Shown: positions 1 through 13,233, counted from the whole stretch's first letter. The stretch is DNA of 63,841 nt, filler included, from Octopus bimaculoides (GCF_001194135.2; 8 parts of 6 records of this genome joined end to end with filler, not necessarily neighbours in it), one strand, 5' to 3'. Notes: generated from the letters alone by a model not told the origin. Made by a program: numbers and translations.

Positions 1-226
1 GTACCGTCTCAATGGCAGAACTCCCAAATTATCTGTTAAACGAAGAAATGAAGGAAAAATTATTCTTTACGGTAATAATTCCTGTAATTATCCACTAAAC
101 GCATCAAAACACAGGTATTCCTAATTAAATTTGGGCTGTGTATATTCACACCTTCTGCTTCACCTGGATGTAGCACGCATGAATGACAACCTTGGTTGAC
201 ATCACATCCATCACTGCACTGCATGG

Positions 227-450
227 GTATGTATGTATGTATGTATGTATGTATGGATGGATGGATGGATGGATGGATGGATGGATGGATGGATGGATGG
301 ATGCACATATGCTTTTGTTAGTATGTATGTATGTATGCATTTGTGCATGTATGTACGTATGTTTGTATGTATGTATGCATGCATGTGTGTGTATGCATGT
401 ATGTATGCACATATTTGCGTGCCTTCATGTATGTATAACTATATGAATAT
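227..450. repeat. (TATG)n/(GGAT)n microsatellite
   Basis: Tetranucleotide arrays seen directly. Confidence 0.9.
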
Positions 451-504
451 ATGTATATGACGTCATATTCGTTATCACTGTCCATAGTTATAGGTTTCAC
501 ATCA

Positions 505-538
505 TGGAATTCATCATCATCGTCATCGTCATCACCAT

Positions 539-579
<41 letters not shown>

Positions 580-694
580 GCCTCATGTTCATCGTTTTCG
601 GCCATGGCGTCGTCGTCACCAACATCATCATCATCATCATCATCATCATCACTATCACAATTGTTATCATCATCATCATCATCACCATCATCAC

Positions 695-747
<53 letters not shown>

Positions 748-748
748 C
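505..748. repeat. Interrupted (CAT)n/(CAG)n microsatellite
   Basis: Trinucleotide arrays; source of the poly-D/S/H/M ORFs. Confidence 0.9.
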
Positions 749-1561
749 ATATCAATCCAGTTCCTAAAAATTAAAAATAAAAAAATGAAGAAGTAACAAT
801 ACGCAACCCAGCTGGAGTTTAACATCCAGCAACTCGAGTAAAATCATTTGGGNNNNNNNNNNNNNNNNNNNNNNNNNNNNNNNNNNNNNNNNNNNNNNNN
901 NNNNNNNNNNNNNNNNNNNNNNNNNNNNNNNNNNNNNNNNNNNNNNNNNNNNNNNNNNNNNNNNNNNNNNNNNNNNNNNNNNNNNNNNNNNNNNNNNNNN
1001 NNNNNNNNNNNNNNNNNNNNNNNNNNNNNNNNNNNNNNNNNNNNNNNNNNNNNNNNNNNNNNNNNNNNNNNNNNNNNNNNNNNNNNNNNNNNNNNNNNNN
1101 NNNNNNNNNNNNNNNNNNNNNNNNNNNNNNNNNNNNNNNNNNNNNNNNNNNNNNNNNNNNNNNNNNNNNNNNNNNNNNNNNNNNNNNNNNNNNNNNNNNN
1201 NNNNNNNNNNNNNNNNNNNNNNNNNNNNNNNNNNNNNNNNNNNNNNNNNNNNNNNNNNNNNNNNNNNNNNNNNNNNNNNNNNNNNNNNNNNNNNNNNNNN
1301 NNNNNNNNNNNNNNNNNNNNNNNNNNNNNNNNNNNNNNNNNNNNNNNNNNNNNNNNNNNNNNNNNNNNNNNNNNNNNNNNNNNNNNNNNNNNNNNNNNNN
1401 NNNNNNNNNNNNNNNNNNNNNNNNNNNNNNNNNNNNNNNNNNNNNNNNNNNNNNNNNNNNNNNNNNNNNNNNNNNNNNNNNNNNNNNNNNNNNNNNNNNN
1501 NNNNNNNNNNNNNNNNNNNNNNNNNNNNNNNNNNNNNNNNNNNNNNNNNNNNNNNNNNNNN

Positions 1562-1599
<38 letters not shown>

Positions 1600-1785
1600 G
1601 GATCACCATTGCGATCATCATTATCATTATAATTTCCTGTTATAGTTCTTCTCCACGTTCTTATATATACACACGCATATATACTTATATACGTACATAT
1701 AAATACACATATACCTATACACGTATATACACGTATATACATATATCTATATGTATAGTAGTCACACACAGACATACTGTTATAG

Positions 1786-1831
<46 letters not shown>

Positions 1832-1960
1832 CATATACATATATGTATATATACATACATACATACATACATGCATACACACATACAAACATACATATTT
1901 ATACATATATGCATACATTTACTCATATATGTGTATGAATGTATGCATGCATGTATATAC

Positions 1961-1998
<38 letters not shown>

Positions 1999-2606
1999 NN
2001 NNNNNNNNNNNNNNNNNNNNNNNNNNNNNNNNNNNNNNNNNNNNNNNNNNNNNNNNNNNNNNNNNNNNNNNNNNNNNNNNNNNNNNNNNNNNNNNNNNNN
2101 NNNNNNNNNNNNNNNNNNNNNNNNNNNNNNNNNNNNNNNNNNNNNNNNNNNNNNNNNNNNNNNNNNNNNNNNNNNNNNNNNNNNNNNNNNNNNNNNNNNN
2201 NNNNNNNNNNNNNNNNNNNNNNNNNNNNNNNNNNNNNNNNNNNNNNNNNNNNNNNNNNNNNNNNNNNNNNNNNNNNNNNNNNNNNNNNNNNNNNNNNNNN
2301 NNNNNNNNNNNNNNNNNNNNNNNNNNNNNNNNNNNNNNNNNNNNNNNNNNNNNNNNNNNNNNNNNNNNNNNNNNNNNNNNNNNNNNNNNNNNNNNNNNNN
2401 NNNNNNNNNNNNNNNNNNNNNNNNNNNNNNNNNNNNNNNNNNNNNNNNNNNNNNNNNNNNNNNNNNNNNNNNNNNNNNNNNNNNNNNNNNNNNNNNNNNN
2501 NNNNNNNNNNNNNNNNNNNNNNNNNNNNNNNNNNNNNNNNNNNNNNNNNNNNNNNNNNNNNNNNNNNNNNNNNNNNNNNNNNNNNNNNNNNNNNNNNNNN
2601 NNNNNN

Positions 2607-2870
2607 GTGCGTGTGTGTGTGAGGGAGAGAGAGAGAGAGAAAGAGAGAGAGAGAAAGAGAGAGAAAAAGAGAGAAAGAGAGAGAAAAAGAGAGAAAGAGA
2701 GAGAAAGAAAGAGAGAGAGAGAAAGAAAGAGAGAGAGAGAAACAGTGAGAGAGAGAAAAAGAGAGAGAGAGAGAGAAAAAGAGAGAGAGAGAGAAAGAGA
2801 GAGAGAGAAAGAGAGAGAGAAAAAAGAGAGAGAGAGAAAAAGAAAGAGTGTGTGTGTGTGTGTGTGTGCA
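2607..2870. repeat. (GA)n/(GT)n microsatellite
   Basis: Dinucleotide arrays. Confidence 0.9.
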
Positions 2871-3465
2871 TGCGCGTGTGTTTATGTTTATGTGTATGTG
2901 TGTGAGTGTAGGTCTATGTGCTATTGTATATCAGCGTGTGTTTGTGCGTGTGTGTATCTGTGTGTATAATGGCTTGGGTCTGTCTCTGTGTGTGTGCTCG
3001 TTAGTGTATGTGTAAGTGTGTGTGTATGTGTGTGTGTGTGTGTGTCCCTCTTTCTAAGTCGGTGTGCGAACAAGTGTGAGTGTCAGAGAGAGAGAGGTTG
3101 AGAACGTGAGAGAAGAAAGAAGGAGAGAAAGAGATAGAGGAAGAAAGAGAGAGATTGTTTCTTACTTGTAATTGTGCTTCTGAAGATGTGTGTATGCATG
3201 TGTTGGTTGTTAGTGCTATCATCTGCGTGTGTGCGCGCATGTATGAGTTTCTGTGTGCGTGCATGTGTGTGACAGAGACAAAGAGCGAGAGAGAGAGAGA
3301 GAGAGGCAGACAGGCTGACAGAGAGACTGGCGTACAGGCAGAAATACAGCTTGTTTCGAAGTCCCAAGTTTCTGCGTGTATATATGTGATTATGGATGTA
3401 AGTGTGAATATCCGACGGGTGTGTGGTCATTTTTATGTGTGACTGGCACGTGGGACGATTTAAAT

Positions 3466-3848
3466 TACACGAGGGTGGACCGTTAAAGTTCATAAATTGA
3501 CTATTAAGGGGTGACGCTGGATCTGTGAACTCTTGCATGCATTAATTTCAGCGCTTCTTTTTAATAACTGTATTGTTTCTTTCCAGGTAAACTGACATCT
3601 GACTGATCAGAGAAGACTTCAGATGTAACTAGTAGCGACTTCTCTTGAAAATCGATAAAATTTGGCATCGTGGTGTTATCAAGTACTTGCAGAAAAAGGG
3701 TTTAACCCTTAAGGACATTCATGCTGCCGTGGTTGCTACATTAGGGGTTGACACTCCACCTTAATTCAACAGGGTAAAAGTGGGCCGCTTAATTTAGGAA
3801 GAGAAGAGGTAATCTTGGAGACAACCAAAGGTCTGGATGCCCTGCAGC
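3466..3848 (+). mobile_element. Mariner 5' remnant (left end plus decayed HTH region)
   Basis: TA-CACGAGGG terminus; DKIWHRGVIKYLQKKGLTLKDIHAAVVATLG resembles a mariner N-terminus, followed by stops and frameshifts. Confidence 0.75.
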
Positions 3849-3950
3849 TTGTATAAGATTATCTCTGCCATTCTGTGTACGTGAGTGGTTTTCATGTGTG
3901 TTGGGGTGGAGTTGTGTACGTGAGCATTTTTAGCGTGTGTGTGTGTGTGA

Positions 3951-3985
<35 letters not shown>

Positions 3986-4679
3986 TGTGTGTTTGTGTGT
4001 ACGCATGCGTGCATAGATGTGAGTGTGAATAATGGGAGAAAACGTGCGTAAGATTAAATCTGCGTTTTGTATTTGCACGNNNNNNNNNNNNNNNNNNNNN
4101 NNNNNNNNNNNNNNNNNNNNNNNNNNNNNNNNNNNNNNNNNNNNNNNNNNNNNNNNNNNNNNNNNNNNNNNNNNNNNNNNNNNNNNNNNNNNNNNNNNNN
4201 NNNNNNNNNGGTGTATGAGTGTGTGAGGGTGTGTGCGGGAAAGAGAGAGAGAGAGAGAGCGGCGTAAAGGAGTGACTGTATTTGATGGGAAGAGAGATAG
4301 GTTTGTGCAAGAGTTCATGCGCGTGACATGGTTGTGCGTGGCAGTACAGTTTCTATGCGCGTGCGCGTGTGTATATGTATGCATGTTTGTATACACACAC
4401 GCACGCACACACATATATGTGTGAGTGTGTGTGTTAATGCATGTATATATATGTATGCGTGTATGTGTGACTGAATGACTGACTGACTGAATGAATGAAT
4501 GAAGGAATGAATGAATGAACAGCCGATCTGAATTAACTATGTACATGAAAGTAGACAATTAAGGTGCTGTCCGTAACGAGCACTTCATTGCAAAACAGGA
4601 AAATAAATGCCGCGTCTGCAACGAAATATACGAGTCACTTACTGGCATTAAAGACCACTGTAGGTTACGTGGTCGCTGA

Positions 4680-4735
<56 letters not shown>

Positions 4736-6399
4736 AGACAAGTTGTCAGCGATGGTCATCCCCGTTTCATGAGTCCCAGGCATTGGTCAGTTTGGTATTA
4801 TGGTAGAAGACACTTGCCCAAGGTACCGCATATTCTTCACATCCCGATTCGTAATGAACTAATTGTCGCGACTGTTGTGCTTGACGGCAAGACGACGTGG
4901 TAGGTCATTCGTACTAGAAATCCACATTGAAGTAGTTGGAGACAACTCATGGTGTCGGCGTCAAGTGTGACCTGGGAATGTGTTCGTTTCCTTTTACCTT
5001 TGACCTGGATTTTGCTAAGCTAGTAACATAATTACAAATACTATTACTTCGTGCACTCGACTCATCATCATTTTCGTTATTCAATAGTTTTCTTCAGAAG
5101 ACCAAAATATCACTATCTCTTACCTTTTATTTGGACTGCGGCCATGCTGGGGTGTCACTTTGAAGTTTTTAGTCAAACTTATTCGTTGTGTGTCAACCTT
5201 GAGAGAGTGAAAGAGAGAGAGACAGATATACATAAATACATAGTCCTACACACAGACACAAATATTCACACCCTGACACAAAACTATACACACACTCAAA
5301 ATACACACATATCCATAGATACCCACACATCTATCTCTCGGCCCTACTTTTTTATCTGGTGTTTATTCTATTGTCTGTTTTACCGAATCGCTAAGTTACT
5401 AGGTTTGTTTTGTTTTTGTTTTCTTGTTTTTGTTTCTGTTTTGTTTGTTTTTTCGCTTGTTTGTTTGTTTTTGGTGGGGGGGGGCTGTCTCTTTTTTTGT
5501 AGAATAAAATTTACAATCACCAAACCCCAATATGTTCCCTTTTGGGTAAAGCTGTTTTGTTGTGAAATGATTCATTTCAGGCTGTGTAATTCGTCACAGT
5601 CTGTTATTGTTACACCTCATAAGCAAACAGCTGGATTCTTTTCTTGCGGTGGGTGGCATTTTAGAGCAATTCCATAAGTCATTATTGAATGTTTTTTTTT
5701 TCTTTTTGAAAAAGATTTTTAAAAATTGCTATCATCGATTTTAAAAGATAAGAAACAAATTTCGTTGATAGGCGGCGATATTTATCACATGCAGACAAAC
5801 AAATAATTAATTACACTATGCACCAACAAAAACAGCCAAAAAAGAATCCCAAAATGGAACCAGCGTTTGAAAATAATAATGAAAAACGAGAACAGCCGAC
5901 TATGAATTCATCAACCTCAAATGTACTTTAGAGTTTCAATTTCTTCCACGAATGCAGCTAACAAGATTCGCTTTGTCATTTACCATGTTGTTTTTTGCCT
6001 CGTTTTTCTCTCTCTCTCTCTCTCTCTCTCTACTTATTATTGATGTTGCTGTGGCAGCCATGTTGTTTGTAACGATTATCTGCATGTTGAATGCAGGTTT
6101 GAGACTAATATCGCTAAGATTTCGATATGAAAGGCTTCTTCTTCTTTAATAAATGTGATCAGAAGAATAACCAGTTATTTAACAAAGCTGATAGTTGCGG
6201 CATTAATCGTGAAGTTAGTATTCATCTTAAATTCAATGACTCGTTGCATATACCAACCATTTGTCTATTCTACGAGTATTATATGTATGCATGGTTATGC
6301 ATGTGTGTCCATGTGTGTACAAGGTTTTGCGTATGTGTTTACAATGGATGTATTTGCGTATATGTGGATTTGCGTATACACTTATGAGTATAGTCTTAA

Positions 6400-7532
6400 G
6401 AATGTGTGTATATGTGCATTTGTGTATGAAAGCATTATGTCAATATCTGTACGAATGGGTTTGATTGTGTTGTAACTGTTTATTTCAGTATATGTGTGTG
6501 TGTAAGTCTGTGTGTAAGTGTATGTATGCTGTGTGTACGTTTCTGTGTGTGTGTGCGTGTATGCGTGCATGTGTATGAATGTGCGTGTGATTATATATCG
6601 TTACTGTCCATGAAGCCTAACTATTTAGCCGAAATGAATGCATGTATAGATGCATGTTGGATGCGTAGATGTAGTGTTTACGTGTATGTATGTCTCTGTC
6701 TGCGTGTGTATGTGTGTGTTCATGTGTGTAGGTATGTATTTACAGATATTTGCGTGTATTTGTGTGTGTAGGTGTGCGTGTGTGTATATACGTACTTACA
6801 CAAACATGTTGGTTTATATCTATCAATCGATCTATCTATATGGATGGATATGTATATATGCATTCATTGATAACCGTGTAAATTAATTCATATGCGCATG
6901 CGTGTGTGTGTGTGTGTATACGTAGAGAGAGAGAGAGAGAGAAAGAGAGAGAAAGTACATATATAAACATATATTGTATATATATACATATATATGTATA
7001 TATATCTATATATATACTATATATATATCTACATATATACATATATGTATAAATGTATATATATATGTATATGTATGTATACATAAACATACATATATAT
7101 ACATATAAATATACATATATGTACACACGCATATATTTGTTTATATGTATATATATGTGCATATATATATATTACTTATATATATATTACTTATATATAT
7201 ATATATATATGTGCATATATATATATTACTTATATATATATATATATGTATGTATACAGACACACGCGCTCACACACACACATATAGATATGTGTACGAA
7301 TGGGTTTGATTGTGTTGTAACTGTTTATTTCAGTGTACATGTGTGTGTATGTGTATACACACGCACATACACACAAGCATATACACATTCGTATATAGAT
7401 GTATTTATAGATAAATACATGAATGTATGAATGAATGGATTAGGGAATGTTGCAATCGATTGAATGATTAAGCGTGTGTGGATTAGCGGAATGAAGCGTA
7501 TACGAATGAGGGTGTGGATGTGTGGATGTATC

Positions 7533-7570
<38 letters not shown>

Positions 7571-7580
7571 NNNNNNNNNN

Positions 7581-7616
<36 letters not shown>

Positions 7617-7620
7617 ACGG
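6400..7620. repeat. Compound (TG)n/(TA)n/(CA)n microsatellite field
   Basis: Direct observation. Confidence 0.9.
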
Positions 7621-7938
7621 ATGGGGGGTGCATAGCTGGGTGGAAGGATGGATGGATGGATGGATGTGTGGATCTATTTATCGATCCTCGCATGAATGGG
7701 CATAGGAATCGTATATGGGTGAATAATTAGACGGCGTGGATGGGTGGGCGGCTTTATGGATGGCCGGGTGGATAGCTGGGAGGACGGGTGGCTGTATGGG
7801 TAGGCGGACGAGTAGATGGATGAAACTACTGGCACGATTGCGTTTGCTTATTGGTATATTTGATTCTGTTACTGTGTTGTCGTATCTTTTGTGGATACGA
7901 AGATGAAATAGAATTCAGATATATTTGGTGTTCGTGCA

Positions 7939-7981
<43 letters not shown>

Positions 7982-8189
7982 TACTCACAGACATACACAA
8001 GCACACACGCGCGCACGCATAGTGACACATGCACATACATACACAGACAGATACACACACACAAACAAACATACCAAATTGTATTGATAAACAATTGGCG
8101 TTCCACTGGTCGGTGAATCTTTGGTTGGTTTACCATATTTAGAGATATTGGAAGCTAACAGATATGACAAATTTACTACGATATCCTAT

Positions 8190-8194
8190 CTCTA

Positions 8195-8232
<38 letters not shown>

Positions 8233-8233
8233 A

Positions 8234-8278
<45 letters not shown>

Positions 8279-8725
8279 TGTCCCCTCTCTCTCCCTCTCT
8301 CTTTAACCCTCATCTCTCTCATTCGTTGCCGCTCTCCGTCTCTCTCTCCTTTCTTTCCATCTCTACTTCTCTCTTTGCTTCTGTTTCTCACTCTCTCTCC
8401 GCTCTCTCCCTCCATCTCCCACACCTTTTCTCGTTTCTTTCTCCTCCCCTCTTTACCTCTTTGCATCTCTTTCTCCATCCCTCTCTCCCTCTCTCACTCC
8501 CTCAATCCCTCCCACTCTCCCTCCTCTCCGTCTATCCCATCCTCTCTCTGTCTATTTCTCTCTTTCTCTTTCCCTCTCTCCCTGTCTTTCTCCTTCACTC
8601 TCCCACTTTCTCTCTCTTTCCCTTTCTCTCTCTTTCCCTTTCTCTCTCTCCTTCTCTCTCACATCCTCCCTCCCTCTCACATCCTTTCGTCTCTCTATCC
8701 TCCTCTCTCTCTTTCACTCTCTCTA
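8190..8725. repeat. (CT)-rich polypyrimidine tract
   Basis: Degenerate (CT)n. Confidence 0.9.
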
Positions 8726-9032
8726 AGTGACATACTACAACTACAAGACCCAGCAATAATATACCAGGCTTTCCTCAGCCATTTTATTGTTGAAATTTCG
8801 AAAAACCATATTTGATGTCATAAGACACATTTTTCCAAAAAAATCCCTCAAAAAATTTACACCCACGTCCTCTTATATGCAAAGTAAGACCTTCTCTAAG
8901 CTGACTTAATCCCTGACGCTCAATTATTATAGGTTAATTTTAATCCAAATGGTTTCTTCTACCAAACCTGACTTCTTCTTTTACGTTCAGTTGTATTGCC
9001 TACTTACCTTTTTATATGCAATAATGTTTTCT

Positions 9033-9460
9033 TTTCTACTCTAGGCACAAAGCCCGAGATTGATGGGGAGGGGTCCAGTCGATTAGATCGACCCCAGTAC
9101 GCAACTGGTACTTAATTTATCAACCCCGAAAGGCTGAAAGGCAAAGTCGACCTCGGCAGAATTTGAACTCAGACCGTAAAGACGGACGAAATACCGCTAA
9201 GCATTTCGCCCGGCGTGCTAACGTTTCTTAATTCTTTATTGCCCACAAGGGGCTAAACATAGAGGGGACAAACAAAGACAGACAAAGGGATTAAGTCGAT
9301 TAGATCGACCCCAGTGCGTAACTGGTACTTAATTCATCAACCCCGAAAGGATGAAAGGCAAAGTCAACCTCGGAGGAATTTGAACTCAGAACGTAACAGC
9401 AGACGAAATACCGCTAAGCATTTCGCCCGGCGTGCTAACGTTTCTGCCAGCTCGACGGAC
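9033..9460 (-). mobile_element. Two head-to-tail family-1 tRNA-derived SINE units inside one 19-bp TSD
   Basis: Shared head and core (GCCTTTCATCCTTTCGGGGTCGAT) with different tails; direct repeats at 9014-9032 and 9462-9480. Confidence 0.8.
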
Positions 9461-9540
9461 GATATACAATAATGTTTTCTGCTATAGCTAAGGTACTTTT
9501 GTTATTTTCGATGATGTACTGTTAGATTGTTTTAAATATC

Positions 9541-9747
9541 AATTTCAAATTTTGACACAAGGCCAGCAATTGTGTTGGGTGGATGGTAAGTCGATTACAG
9601 CGACCCCATTGCTCAACTGGTACTTGTTTTATCGACACCGAAACGACGAAAGGCAAAATGGACCTCGGCGGAACTCAGAACGAAAAGTCGAACGGAAAAC
9701 CACTAAGCATTTTGTCCAGCGTGCAAACGATTCTGCCAGCTCACCGC
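9541..9747 (-). mobile_element. Family-1 SINE
   Basis: Reverse complement of the head and core seen in other copies. Confidence 0.8.
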
Positions 9748-9782
9748 TCTGCGATTGCTTTAGATATTAAATACTTTACGAA

Positions 9783-10000
9783 GGCGACGAGCAAGCAGAA
9801 TCGTTAGCACCCTGGGCAAAGTGCTTAGCAACATTTCGTCCGCTGTCACGTTCTGAGTTCAAATTCCACCGAAGTCGTCTTTGTTTTTTCACCCTCTTGG
9901 GGGTCGTTAAAATAAGTACCAGTTGAACACAGGGGACGATGTAATAGACAGACTTCCCCGCCTTCCCGAAATTTCTGGCATTTTTCCAAAATTTGAAATC
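9783..10000 (+). mobile_element. Family-1 SINE
   Basis: Head AAGGCGACGAGC, B-box-like GAGTTCAAATTCC, core. Confidence 0.8.
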
Positions 10001-10451
10001 GATGTTTACATGCTTTAAAACTGTAACAATTCTTTTGCTGTTGTTCTTGTAAGGCGGTGCTCCGGCATGGCCGCAGTCACATGACTGAAACAAGCCGTTG
10101 TTGAAATTCGGGTGTGTCTAACATGCCGGAGCGTCTTTTATATCTTCAAATATGGTACTCCTACATCAAAAGATAATATATTTACATTAATCTTTTTTTT
10201 CTGTTCTTGTTCATGAAGTTTAAAATTGAACTCTTAAAATTGAAATTAAAAGGTTTGTCACAAAGATGGCCTTGGGCATTAAGTCTAAACCAAGACCTAG
10301 TTAATACCAAATTGCCTTACGAGGGACAATTTTTCCAGTACGAACGTCCTTGTACATACACATGATGGAATTTCACAATTCTGAAGACAACACAGATCGC
10401 ACAAAGTTGCAGATTAAATGCAAGGGATCGATGTAAAGGATAAAAGAAGAC

Positions 10452-10519
<68 letters not shown>

Positions 10520-10987
10520 ACAGCAGCTGAATTGCTTTTATTACTGACGAAAATGTACTTTTTTTGATGATGAAAATATACTTTTTTCTTTTCCATTATC
10601 TTTTGTTCCACCTCGTAAATAATGTTGCTCTTGTTGTTCTCGTTACCATAGATCATGATCGCTATTGCTGACGATAATATTGTCATTGGTGTTCTGTTTC
10701 GTTTCGGTTGTTTTTACTGACATCGAACCAACTAGAGTTTGTATATACCTTCAGCATAAAAGAGGCTGAAAAGGCGTCAATACTACCAAGAACAATAATC
10801 GGTGCTAAACCGATGGTAACATTTTGGGCCCCATTTTGTGCTATAATCACTAATATATAAATATATGAATATATATATANNNNNNNNNNNNNNNNNNNNN
10901 NNNNNNNNNNNNNNNNNNNNNNNNNNNNNNNNNNNNNNNNNNNNNNNNNNNNNNNNNNATACATACATACATACATACATACATACA

Positions 10988-11021
<34 letters not shown>

Positions 11022-11032
11022 CATATGCAGTA

Positions 11033-11380
11033 ATCGTTCTACAATGGCACTCCAGTGACTGGTTGCATCTGTTAAGGGAACATGGTGAAGATGATCTGTT
11101 AATTCAAACCATTTTCTAAATCTCCATAACGAAGCCTCATATCCTATGTACAATTTAAAATGCTCAATGACAAGTCACAACATAGCGAGCTTGCTACGCA
11201 TGACAGAGAACAGAGACCAGTGGCGACACTGACAACGAAAGCGTCTACAATGGCAACCCAGCGATTGGTTGCATTTATTAAGGGAACATGGTGAAGATGA
11301 TCTATTAATTCAAACCAACTATTTTCTAAATCTCCATAACGAAGCCTCATATCCTATGTACAATTTACAATGTTCAATGC
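11033..11380. repeat. Direct duplication of a ~137-bp unique segment, copies ~206 bp apart
   Basis: 11036-11169 matches 11242-11378 with few substitutions and one 4-bp indel. Confidence 0.9.
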
Positions 11381-11824
11381 TGCCTCAGTCATGTCTACTT
11401 TGACCTTTCAACCAATAGAGAATGTAAATAAAAGCCTAGCTGAATGTTAGCTTACAGTTTTGTTTGTAGTGGCCTAAATATATTCACTTCCCAACACAAG
11501 TACACAACTACAGCAAGCTACCATTTCTTGCGAGGTTGTTGCTGTCGCTCTTTTTGCGTTTCATTTGTTGTTTCAGCATAGTAATTACGGGCGAGCTACT
11601 ATTACTATTACTACAGAGGCTACTACAACAACAAAAACTACTACTACTACTACTACTACTAACAGCCAATAGACAATAACTCCAGGGTAAACACTAATTG
11701 TACCGGTTGTCTTCCCAGTCAGATTGTTTCTACCTGATATTTAGTCTGTCTGAGGAAGTGCGCGTATGTATATGCGAGTGTGTGTGTATTCCTAAATATA
11801 CATATATATATACACATACACACA

Positions 11825-11873
<49 letters not shown>

Positions 11874-12668
11874 NNNNNNNNNNNNNNNNNNNNNNNNNNN
11901 NNNNNNNNNNNNNNNNNNNNNNNNNNNNNNNNNNNNNNNNNNNNNNNNNNNNNNNNNNNNNNNNNNNNNNNNNNNNNNNNNNNNNNNNNNNNNNNNNNNN
12001 NNNNNNNNNNNNNNNNNNNNNNNNNNNNNNNNNNNNNNNNNNNNNNNNNNNNNNNNNNNNNNNNNNNNNNNNNNNNNNNNNNNNNNNNNNNNNNNNNNNN
12101 NNNNNNNNNNNNNNNNNNNNNNNNNNNNNNNNNNNNNNNNNNNNNNNNNNNNNNNNNNNNNNNNNNNNNNNNNNNNNNNNNNNNNNNNNNNNNNNNNNNN
12201 NNNNNNNNNNNNNNNNNNNNNNNNNNNNNNNNNNNNNNNNNNNNNNNNNNNNNNNNNNNNNNNNNNNNNNNNNNNNNNNNNNNNNNNNNNNNNNNNNNNN
12301 NNNNNNNNNNNNNNNNNNNNNNNNNNNNNNNNNNNNNNNNNNNNNNNNNNNNNNNNNNNNNNNNNNNNNNNNNNNNNNNNNNNNNNNNNNNNNNNNNNNN
12401 NNNNNNNNNNNNATATATATATATATATATATAAACTTAGACAATGGAGTACAACGCAACAATTACGACAGCAAACAGAACCAACAACACAAACAAATCC
12501 AAGCAATGTAATCAAACACTACCACCATTACCACCACCACCAACAACAACAACAACAGCAACAACAACAAACAGTGTAATCAAAAGTAAATCTAAAGACA
12601 AAACAATAACGTTCGCTGACCATTTCTATTTAAAACCGTTGAACCGAACTGACTGGCAGTTAATGTCA

Positions 12669-12670
12669 CT

Positions 12671-12725
<55 letters not shown>

Positions 12726-12737
12726 CAGCAGCAACAC

Positions 12738-12779
<42 letters not shown>

Positions 12780-12783
12780 CAGC

Positions 12784-12821
<38 letters not shown>

Positions 12822-12833
12822 CAGCAGCAACAC

Positions 12834-12875
<42 letters not shown>

Positions 12876-12879
12876 CAGC

Positions 12880-12929
<50 letters not shown>

Positions 12930-12941
12930 CAGCAGCAACAC

Positions 12942-12977
<36 letters not shown>

Positions 12978-13006
12978 TAGCAGTAGTAGTAGTAGTAGAA
13001 GTAGTA

Positions 13007-13037
<31 letters not shown>

Positions 13038-13040
13038 ATG
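12669..13040. repeat. (TAG)n microsatellite with periodic CAGCAGCAACAC interruptions
   Basis: Direct observation. Confidence 0.9.
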
Positions 13041-13233
13041 TTGACATTGTTGTAGTTGTTGTTGACATTGCAGTGCTGGAGGTGGACTGATAGGAGGTGA
13101 TGGATTTGGAGAAGTGTAGGTGGTAGTGTCACTGGCTTTATTTGGCTACAGCCATAGTGGGTAGCTGGCGGCGATGGTGAATGTGGTGGTGGCGGTGGCG
13201 ATGGTGGTGTAGGCGGCGGCGGCGGTGGTGGTG

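Noticed and set aside
60-226. Cys-containing peptide [15 protein letters not shown].. on the - strand
   Set aside because: No usable acceptor and no recognisable domain spacing
318-755. Asp-rich 145-aa ORF on the - strand
   Set aside because: Explained by a degenerate (GAT)n microsatellite; no splice signals; runs into a TA/CA repeat
764-2969. Long ORFs in the track that span N runs (and similar ones elsewhere)
   Set aside because: Length comes from N codons and dinucleotide repeats
5818-5931. Short ORF MHQQKQPKKNPKMEPAF..
   Set aside because: 37 codons, A-rich composition, weak donor, no homology
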